NCBI GenBank assembly: GCA_947629365.1
Contig: CANRDM010000002.1
Span: 1-42,417 of the forward strand
Length of the DNA: 42,417 nt
Source of the DNA: an uncultured Bacilli bacterium
GTDB lineage: Bacteria > Bacillota_I > Bacilli_A > RF39 > UBA660
Reading direction: 5' to 3'
The position numbers and the translations under genes are program-made. Each line of letters starts with the position of its first letter. The stretch's first letter is position 1. This document shows, piece by piece, positions 35,596 through 42,417 of the stretch. A model generated the notes under the pieces. It made no database searches. It was not told where the DNA came from and saw nothing but the letters and a program-made list of their open reading frames with translations.

Positions 35596-37059
35596 TTGAA
35601 TATTACTAAAAGTATTGAAGAATTACATACTTTACTTAAAAATAAAGAAGTTACACCTGATGAATTAGTGAAAGAATCGTTATTAAAGACCAAAGAGGTG
35701 CAAGAAAAATGTAATGCCTTTGTAACGATTATTGATAATCCTCGCATTACCGAAGTTACTGATAATCCTCTTTCCGGCATTCCTTTTGGCGTTAAAGATA
35801 ATTATTCAACTAAGGGTATTCTTTCAACCGGATCATCTAATACTTTAAAAGATTATGTGCCTATATTTACTGCAACTGCAGTAGAAAAATTAGAGAATGC
35901 GGGAGCAATAATGGTTAACAAAACAGCTTTAGATGAATTTGGAATGGGTGGTACTGGTACAACTTGTGCCACCGGTGTAGTTAAAAATCCTTGGGATGAA
36001 AAAAGAATGTGTGCAGGATCATCTGCGGGCAGTGCGGCAGCCGTGGCAAGTGGGGTATATCCTTTTGCTTTAGGTAGTGATACAGGAGACTCTATTAGAA
36101 AACCAGCGGCCTACTGCGGAATAGTTGGTTATAAACCGACTTATGGAATGATTAGTAGATATGGTTTATTTCCTTTTGCCTCAAGTTTAGACCATTGTGG
36201 TGTTTTAACTAGGTCTGTTAGTGATGCAGCTTATGTCGTTGATGCAATGAAAGGCATTGATGATAAAGATCAAACAACTTGGGATTCAAAAGATATTCAT
36301 TTAGTTGATAGTCTTTCGGGTGATATTAAAGGCAAAAAATTATTTTACATTAAAGAATTAGTAAATATTGATAATTATCATCATCCTAGTGAGATGTTAA
36401 AATCACACTTAGAAAACTTTCAAAAAACCCTTGATTTAGTCAAAAATTTGGGGGCGAGTGTTACAGAAGTATCATTTGACCAATCACTATTAAATGCCTT
36501 GCCTAGTGTTTATGTGTGCTTATCTTGTGCCGAAGCCACTAGTAATATGTCTAATCTAACGGGTATTATTTTTGGTGGAAGAGGAGTTGGTAATACCCCA
36601 GATGAAATAATGATGGACCATAGAACTAAAGGTTTTTCACCTCTTATTAAAAGAAGATTTGTTATTGGCTCATACATCCTACAAAAAGAAAATCAAGAAA
36701 GATATTTTAATAATGCCGCTCGTGTAAGAAGATTAATAGTAGATAAAATGAAAGATTTCTTTAAAAGTTATGATGCCCTTATTATGCCCGTTGGCAGTGG
36801 GATTGCTCCTTATTTAGATGATGATAATAATATGATTGATAATGATGAAGTAAGATGTTTAGAAGAACATTTACAAATTGGTAATTTTGGTGGTTTTCCT
36901 TCAATTACCATTCCAAGTGGCTTTATATCTAATATGCCAGTTGGGGTAAATATTACTGGTAATTGTTATGATGATGAAAATACTTTAAATATTGCCTATG
37001 CCCTTGAAAGTGTAATGCCTTACAAAAACCAAATAGCAAAGGATGATAAAAATGAGTAA
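35596..37059 (+). CDS. gatA: Glu/Asp-tRNA amidotransferase subunit A
   Basis: Amidase signature GSSAGSAAAVASG...GSDTGDSIRKPAAYCG. TTG start lies 2 nt after the gatC stop. Confidence 0.9.
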   Translation: MNITKSIEELHTLLKNKEVTPDELVKESLLKTKEVQEKCNAFVTIIDNPRITEVTDNPLSGIPFGVKDNYSTKGILSTGSSNTLKDYVPIFTATAVEKLENAGAIMVNKTALDEFGMGGTGTTCATGVVKNPWDEKRMCAGSSAGSAAAVASGVYPFALGSDTGDSIRKPAAYCGIVGYKPTYGMISRYGLFPFASSLDHCGVLTRSVSDAAYVVDAMKGIDDKDQTTWDSKDIHLVDSLSGDIKGKKLFYIKELVNIDNYHHPSEMLKSHLENFQKTLDLVKNLGASVTEVSFDQSLLNALPSVYVCLSCAEATSNMSNLTGIIFGGRGVGNTPDEIMMDHRTKGFSPLIKRRFVIGSYILQKENQERYFNNAARVRRLIVDKMKDFFKSYDALIMPVGSGIAPYLDDDNNMIDNDEVRCLEEHLQIGNFGGFPSITIPSGFISNMPVGVNITGNCYDDENTLNIAYALESVMPYKNQIAKDDKNE

Positions 37060-38479
37060 ATATAAAGCGGTCATTGGTTTAGAAATGCACTGTGAGTTAA
37101 AGAGTAACTCAAAAGTTTTCTCTAGTGCTAAAAATGCTTATAGTGATATTCCTAATAGTTATGTATCTCCCGTTGATTTAGGATTTCCAGGTATTTTACC
37201 AACAGTTAATAAGGAATCCGTAAGAGAGGCTTTAATGATGGCTCTTGCCTTTAACTGTGAAACTCCTGAATATATGTATTTTGATCGTAAAAATTATTAT
37301 TATCCCGATTTACCTAAAGGCTATCAAATAACCCAAATGCATAGTCCCGTTGGAGTTAATGGTAAAATTGTCATTAACTTAGGAGACTCAGAAAAAGAAG
37401 TATTAATTCACGATATTCACTTAGAAGAAGATACTGCTAGTTTAGATCATTATTCTGATGCGACTTTAATTAATTATAACCGGGCTGGTGTCCCTCTTTT
37501 AGAGCTTGTTACTGAACCTTGTCTTAATTCACCAGAAGAAGCTGTTGCCTTCTTAGAATACGTAAGAAGATGTTACCAATATTGTGATGTTTCAGATGCC
37601 GATACAAAAATGGGTCAAATAAGATGCGATGTTAATGTTTCTATAATGGCTGATGGGGATAGTCATTTAGGTACTAAAGTCGAAATTAAAAATGTCAACT
37701 CATTTAGTAATGTTTATGATACAATTGCCTATGAAATTGCAAGACAAACCAAGCTAAAAGATGAAGGCCGTTATGATGAAGTCGAACAAGAAACAAGAAG
37801 ATTCGATGAAGAGACTGGCACTACCATTAGAATGCGTAGTAAAGTTGATGCCATTGACTATAAATACTTTGTTGAACCTAATATTCCTAAATATAAAATA
37901 TCTAAAGATTGGTTAGAAGAAATAAAGAAAAGCATTCCAATGTTACCAAGAGAAAGAAAATTAAAGTATATAAATGATTATGGATTATCTTTGTATGATG
38001 CAAATATCATTATTAAAGATAAAGACTATGCTAATTATTTTGAAGAGTGCATCCAACTTGGTATGGACCCTAAAACAGTTGCTAATTACTTAACTGTTCA
38101 GATAATTGCCTATTTAAATAAAGAAGATATTACCTTAAAAGATTTTTATTTAAAACCAGAATATTTAAAACAAATAATAACGGAAGTAAATAATGGTAAT
38201 ATCTCATCAAAACAAGCGAAAGAAATATTTAATAAATCTTTAGAAGAAAAAAAGGAACCTAAAACTTTCATTACTAAAGATAATGCTCAAATATCGGATG
38301 CTGGTGAATTAACAAAAATAATTACTGACATTCTAGCTAACAATCAAGAACAAATTGATGCTTATCATAATGGTAAGAGTAATCTATTCGATTATTTTGT
38401 TGGTCAAGTTATGAAAGAAACTAGAGGTAAAGCTAATCCTAATATAGTAAAAGAAATATTAAATGATAAATTAAAATAA
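37052..38479 (+). CDS. gatB: Glu/Asp-tRNA amidotransferase subunit B
   Basis: KAVIGLEMHCEL, IHLEEDTA, and a YqeY-like C-terminal tail. ATG 37052 overlaps the gatA stop (ATGAGTAA). Confidence 0.92.
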   Translation: MSKYKAVIGLEMHCELKSNSKVFSSAKNAYSDIPNSYVSPVDLGFPGILPTVNKESVREALMMALAFNCETPEYMYFDRKNYYYPDLPKGYQITQMHSPVGVNGKIVINLGDSEKEVLIHDIHLEEDTASLDHYSDATLINYNRAGVPLLELVTEPCLNSPEEAVAFLEYVRRCYQYCDVSDADTKMGQIRCDVNVSIMADGDSHLGTKVEIKNVNSFSNVYDTIAYEIARQTKLKDEGRYDEVEQETRRFDEETGTTIRMRSKVDAIDYKYFVEPNIPKYKISKDWLEEIKKSIPMLPRERKLKYINDYGLSLYDANIIIKDKDYANYFEECIQLGMDPKTVANYLTVQIIAYLNKEDITLKDFYLKPEYLKQIITEVNNGNISSKQAKEIFNKSLEEKKEPKTFITKDNAQISDAGELTKIITDILANNQEQIDAYHNGKSNLFDYFVGQVMKETRGKANPNIVKEILNDKLK

Positions 38480-38483
38480 AAGT

Positions 38484-38510
38484 AAACTAGAAATAGTTTA
38501 TTTTTATTTC
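38484..38510 (+). terminator. Weak Rho-independent terminator after gatB
   Basis: AAACTA-gaaa-TAGTTT hairpin followed by ATTTTTATTT. Confidence 0.4.
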
Positions 38511-38561
38511 CTTCGACAATTTTTTTAAATACAGTATGCTAAGATATAATTGGTGATGCAA

Positions 38562-39005
38562 ATGAAGAAGAATATTATCTTAGTATTATCATCTATTGCC
38601 CTAGGAATTTTATTTACATTTTTTATTCTTAATAAAAAAGATATTTATGCTAAAGAAGAATATAGTGTCTATGCTTTTCAAATTGGTGCTTATTCATCTT
38701 ATGAAAATGCCTCTAAACCTAGTGATATTCCGAAAATAGTTATTAATGAAGATGGACTTTATAAAGTATATGTTGCTATTTATAAAGATAATAATATTAT
38801 TAATACGATGCTTAAATATTTTAATAGTAAAAATATTAGTGTATATTTAAAAATGCTCAAAGTTAATAAAGATTTTTATCATAAATTATCACAATATGAA
38901 GAATTATTTCTTAATTTAGAAGATGATACTTTATATAAACAAATTAATGAAAGTATTTTAAATCTTTATTTAGAAAGCAAGAATGATTTAAATGAAAATA
39001 GTTAA
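38562..39005 (+). CDS. Membrane-anchored SPOR-domain-like protein
   Basis: N-terminal TM (IILVLSSIALGILFTFFIL). YSVYAFQIGAYSSYENASK...GLYKVYVAIYKDNN fits the SPOR pattern (y.vQvGaf...nA...g.y.V.vG.f). Confidence 0.5.
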   Translation: MKKNIILVLSSIALGILFTFFILNKKDIYAKEEYSVYAFQIGAYSSYENASKPSDIPKIVINEDGLYKVYVAIYKDNNIINTMLKYFNSKNISVYLKMLKVNKDFYHKLSQYEELFLNLEDDTLYKQINESILNLYLESKNDLNENS

Positions 39006-39639
39006 ATTTTTATGGCAATATAATTTATTTTTCTTTCTTATTCTTCTTTATATTTTAAAAGAACCAATATATAAGTTATTTACTATTGAGGAAAATATTT
39101 ATACTCCCACTAGATGTGCTATTTTAGAAAATGATTATAATAAATTATTAGAATTTAGTGAAATCGATTTAGTATATGAAAGTAATTACTATAATACTTA
39201 TATTATTTATAAAGATATATATAATTATTTAAATGAAATAACCATAAGAGGAGGCTTAGATATCGGCTTAACTAATAATCCAGTAATCTATGATAATACT
39301 TTAGTGGGATTTATTAAAAAGAGTGATAAAAATAGTAGCATAGTTACTTTAGTAACTAATAAAGATAGTAAAGTATCAGTAAAAATTAATGAAGAAATTG
39401 GCGTATTAGAATATCTTAATAATGAATTAATAGTAAGTAATATATCTAACTATAGTAATATAAATGTGGGTGATAATATTTATACATCAGGTCTTGGTAA
39501 TACTAAAGAAAATATTTATATTGGAACAGTTAAAGAGATTAATTTAAATGATAAGAAAATTGAAAAAATTATTAAAGTAGATTATAAACTTAATATAAAA
39601 GATATAGATTATGTTAGTATTTTAAAGGAGAACATATGA
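38992..39639 (+). CDS. mreC: Rod shape-determining protein MreC
   Basis: VIYDNTLVGFIKKSDKNSSIVTLVTNKDSKVSVKI, and GDNIYTSGLGNTKENIYIGTVKEI (the GD-x-v-TSGl...G-V motif). Confidence 0.75.
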   Translation: MKIVKFLWQYNLFFFLILLYILKEPIYKLFTIEENIYTPTRCAILENDYNKLLEFSEIDLVYESNYYNTYIIYKDIYNYLNEITIRGGLDIGLTNNPVIYDNTLVGFIKKSDKNSSIVTLVTNKDSKVSVKINEEIGVLEYLNNELIVSNISNYSNINVGDNIYTSGLGNTKENIYIGTVKEINLNDKKIEKIIKVDYKLNIKDIDYVSILKENI

Positions 39640-40037
39640 TATATTTATTACTTTTATTAGATATTTTAATTAATAATTATACTCGTAAAACATCTATGTT
39701 ATTTCTTATTTATTTATATGATAAACCCTATAAAGATTATTTGCTCACATCTTTAATTTTTGATTTAATTATATTTAGATGCCCATATAATATATTTATA
39801 CTAACTATAATGTATTTTATTAATAAATTATTTAAAAATTTAAATAAAAAAAATATTTTAAATTATTTACTTATTACTATTCTAAATTATATAATATATA
39901 TTTCGCTTACTAATATTTTCTTTAGTAGTGTATCTATTATTTTTCTTAAAATTGGACAAAATTTATTATTTAATTTAATATTATATATACTTGGATTTAA
40001 TTTAATTAGAAAGGATAATTATGACAAACTTAGATAA
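39636..40037 (+). CDS. mreD: Rod shape-determining protein MreD
   Basis: Small polytopic membrane protein, translationally coupled (ATGA) to mreC. Confidence 0.6.
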   Translation: MIYLLLLLDILINNYTRKTSMLFLIYLYDKPYKDYLLTSLIFDLIIFRCPYNIFILTIMYFINKLFKNLNKKNILNYLLITILNYIIYISLTNIFFSSVSIIFLKIGQNLLFNLILYILGFNLIRKDNYDKLR

Positions 40038-40944
40038 AGACATTGAAGAAGTAAAAAAATTAATTGAATTAAGCGTTAAACAAGGCTACTATGGTTTTAA
40101 AGATAATGTTAAACCCTTTAGGGCTTATGCTAAAACCTATTTTAGTACTAATGAAAACATTAATGGCTATTTAAAATTAATGAGTAAAGAATATTCGAGT
40201 GCTTTAACCGTTTTATCAAGTGGAGATCAATTATTTAATTTGATAAATGAAGGCATAAATAATATAGATACTTTTGATATTAATCGGATTGCTATCTATT
40301 TAGTATTTGGTCTTAAATTTGGAATGATAAGAAAATATAATTATGAAAAATATAAAGAAGTATGTAATACTTTAATTGATCCTCATATTCAAATAGATTT
40401 ATTAACGGATATTTTAAATAGTTTACTACCATATATGGCTAAAAAATTAAAAATTTTTTGGCAAGCAATTATTAATTACAATTATTATTTACAAAAAGGG
40501 CAAAATGAGAGTATTAGTTTAATAAATATGTTAACTCAAAATATGAAAGATTATAAATTAGCCAGACGTGGAAATAAATATCTTTACAATGAAAAAGAAT
40601 ATTTAAAATTAAAAAATGCTTTGGATAATACGAAGATAACTTTTACTACTACCGATATTAATCATTTACCAAGTGGGGAATATGATTTAATCTTACTTTC
40701 AAATATTATGTCTTATTATCAAAAAATGTATGGTCTTTCTTTAAATATGGATATTATAAATGATATTTTAAAAAGACTTAAATATAATGGTATTATCTTT
40801 TTTAATTATATATTTGAAAATGAAATTCGCAAAAAGAAAAATGATATAGATTTTTTATTAACTAATGGTTTTTCTTCCTTAGTTGTGCAACCTATTTCCA
40901 ATTTACACGAGGAAGATATTGTTATTTTAAAAAGAAAATTATAA
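40021..40944 (+). CDS. DUF3419/BtaA-like putative SAM-dependent methyltransferase-fold protein
   Basis: ALTVLSSGDQLFNLINEGINNIDTFDINRIAIYLVFGLKF and YDLILLSNIMSYY resemble the DUF3419 pattern (recalled, unverified). Confidence 0.4.
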   Translation: MTNLDKDIEEVKKLIELSVKQGYYGFKDNVKPFRAYAKTYFSTNENINGYLKLMSKEYSSALTVLSSGDQLFNLINEGINNIDTFDINRIAIYLVFGLKFGMIRKYNYEKYKEVCNTLIDPHIQIDLLTDILNSLLPYMAKKLKIFWQAIINYNYYLQKGQNESISLINMLTQNMKDYKLARRGNKYLYNEKEYLKLKNALDNTKITFTTTDINHLPSGEYDLILLSNIMSYYQKMYGLSLNMDIINDILKRLKYNGIIFFNYIFENEIRKKKNDIDFLLTNGFSSLVVQPISNLHEEDIVILKRKL

Positions 40945-40984
40945 TTTATTTATTGTTTGCATATAATTTGTTGGGTGAATAGAA

Positions 40985-41599
40985 TTGAATATTGATGATT
41001 ATACTAAAATAACACACAAAAGATATAGTAGTTTAAAAACTCAAGATGAAAACAAAAAAATAAAGTATTTGAAAAATTTAATAACTAGAGTATTACTAAG
41101 TATTATTTTAATTATAAGTATTTTAATTTTCACCAAATTTAATGATCATAATAAAGAATTAATTAATAAATATTTATTCCAAGATAGTCTTAAATTTACC
41201 AAAGTTAATAAATGGTATCAAGATAAATTTGGCAGCCTTATTCCTGATACCAATAATAATAGTGAACTGGTATTTAGTAGTGATTTATCTAAAAATAAAT
41301 ATATTAATTATCAAGATGGAGTGCAAATAGAGTATCCTAAAAATTCTCCCGTTTCAACTTTATATGGTGGTATAATCATTTTTATTGGCGAAAAAGATAA
41401 CTATGGAAATGTTGTAATTATCCAAGGGAATGATGGTATTGATTATACTTATGGCAATATTACAAATATAAATATAAATTTATATGATTATATTGAAAAA
41501 GATACCATTATTGGCGAAGCAAAAGATGATTATATTTATTTGGTTTTAGAAAAAGATGGTCAATATTTAAAATATGATGAATATCTTAAAGAAAATTAA
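40985..41599 (+). CDS. Membrane-anchored degenerate LytM/M23-domain protein (SpoIVFA-like)
   Basis: One TM (VLLSIILIISILIF). The C-terminal GGIIIFIGEKDNYGNVVIIQGNDGIDYTYGNITNININLYDYIEKDTIIGEA has the M23 fold pattern but contains no histidine at all. Confidence 0.6.
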   Translation: MNIDDYTKITHKRYSSLKTQDENKKIKYLKNLITRVLLSIILIISILIFTKFNDHNKELINKYLFQDSLKFTKVNKWYQDKFGSLIPDTNNNSELVFSSDLSKNKYINYQDGVQIEYPKNSPVSTLYGGIIIFIGEKDNYGNVVIIQGNDGIDYTYGNITNININLYDYIEKDTIIGEAKDDYIYLVLEKDGQYLKYDEYLKEN

Positions 41600-42335
41600 A
41601 ATAAATAATTATACTTATTTTTTTATAATTATCTGTGCATTATGCGGCTATATTAAGAATATTAGTATTATTTTATTTATTTGTTTAATTCACGAACTAG
41701 GTCATATCTTTTTTATTAAGTTATTTAAATATGAAATAATTAGTATTGAAATTCTTCCTTTTGGAGGTTTTACTGAAATAAATAAAAAGATTAATAGTAG
41801 TATTAATAAAGATTTAATGATTGCCTTTGGCGGGATTATAAGCGAAGCGCTTTTTCTTTTAATCCTTTATTTATTTAAAGATCATTTTAATATTATTACA
41901 TATGAATTATTTAAAAATTATAATTATATCTTAATTATTTTTAATTTAATACCAATTATTCCTTTAGATGGTAATAAGATTATGCATTTAATGCTGGAAA
42001 AATTTTTTTCTTATCATTTATCTTATCAGCTTAATATTTTCTTATCTTTACTCTTTTTAATTATTTTTTTAATTATTAATTATTTATACAAAATCGATAA
42101 TTATTTTATTATTACCTTTCTTTTATATAAAATAATTATGGCTTATAAAAATTTTAAATATTTTGAAAATCGTTTTTTACTAGAAAGATATTTATATGAT
42201 TTCAGTTATGAGAAAATTGATAATCATACTAAAAATATTAAAGATTTAAAGAAAAATACCCTCCATTTTTTTAAAGAAGGTAATCATTACATTAAAGAAA
42301 AAGAGAAGATTAAAGGCTTTTTTAATAAGTCTTAA
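41574..42335 (+). CDS. M50 site-2 metalloprotease (SpoIVFB-like)
   Basis: HELGH in a TM helix (CLIHELGHIFF), and NLIPIIPLDGNKI (the NxxPxxxLDG motif). Confidence 0.85.
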   Translation: MMNILKKIKINNYTYFFIIICALCGYIKNISIILFICLIHELGHIFFIKLFKYEIISIEILPFGGFTEINKKINSSINKDLMIAFGGIISEALFLLILYLFKDHFNIITYELFKNYNYILIIFNLIPIIPLDGNKIMHLMLEKFFSYHLSYQLNIFLSLLFLIIFLIINYLYKIDNYFIITFLLYKIIMAYKNFKYFENRFLLERYLYDFSYEKIDNHTKNIKDLKKNTLHFFKEGNHYIKEKEKIKGFFNKS

Positions 42336-42417
42336 CCATATGTCAATAGTTTTTGAAAATGTCTTAAAATTTTTAAAACATTAACGGGAAAAATATTCTC
42401 GTTTTTGTTTGAAATTT

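Noticed and set aside
5792-35780. Short ORFs, antisense or in an alternative frame, inside conserved genes. These are 5792-6016(-), 13827-14132(-), 14844-15056(-), 19460-19642(-), 22319-22537(-), 23341-23562(+), 24131-24343(-), 26620-26817(-), 27383-27667(-), 31671-31877(-), 32515-32730(-), 33527-33718(-) and 35571-35780(-).
   Set aside because: Each lies within a longer ORF that has clear family motifs or paralogue support. None has a recognisable motif or ribosome-binding site. I treat them as non-coding shadows.
1-42417. Possibility of Mollicutes genetic code 4 (TGA = Trp), given the very low GC.
   Set aside because: TGA cleanly terminates conserved genes at their expected lengths (gmk at 7128-7130, mreC at 39637-39639). 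Conserved Trp positions (for example the val[15 protein letters not shown] motif) are TGG. The standard bacterial code fits.
1-42417. tRNA, rRNA or other stable RNA genes.
   Set aside because: I found no intergenic stretch with tRNA-like GTTCRANNC/T-loop and acceptor complementarity, or rRNA-like GC-rich structure. Intergenic regions are short and AT-rich apart from the two T-box leaders. A tRNAscan/Infernal run would be needed to be certain.

Overview
This is an AT-rich (roughly 25-30% GC by eye) chromosomal segment from a cell-walled, low-GC Bacillota-like bacterium. It uses the standard code: TGA terminates gmk and mreC, and Trp is TGG. Most of the window is housekeeping in Bacillus-like synteny: rpsB-tsf, gmk, T-box-valS, holA-like, mnmA, a spoVB/murJ-like flippase, comN-like, rel, dtd, T-box-hisS-aspS-asnS-gatCAB, a SPOR protein with mreC-mreD, and a spoIVFA/spoIVFB-like pair. 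Three accessory features stand out. (1) 25001-31075 is a tightly packed, same-strand array of nine paralogous genes inserted between dtd and hisS. They belong to two unrecognised, signal-peptide-less, acidic protein families (A x6, about 178-216 aa; B x3, about 200-245 aa). A perfect consensus promoter (TTGACA-17-TATAAT) precedes the array. Gene termini and junctions are near-identical at the nucleotide level, while central regions are strongly diverged. This is my candidate for an undescribed system; a diversified immunity-, decoy- or sensor-type cassette array is the working hypothesis, and its function is unknown. (2) 130-2360 encodes a large surface protein with Ig-like repeats. It is broken by a G9 tract just after its SD-preceded ATG and by a G5 tract near the 3' end, and its last ~900 nt are visibly GC-richer than the rest. 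A truncated N-terminal paralogue lies at 16988-17236, next to an XRE regulator with palindromic operators. (3) Smaller oddities are a ~115-aa KE-rich plus Rho_N/SAP-like C-terminal extension on ribosomal protein S2, a GACAC (overlapping Asp/His codons) candidate specifier in the hisS-aspS T-box, an archaeal-type AspRS co-operonic with AsnRS and GatCAB, and a His-less degenerate M23 protein paired with an M50 site-2 protease. All calls come from reading the sequence and ORF translations; no searches or computations were run.
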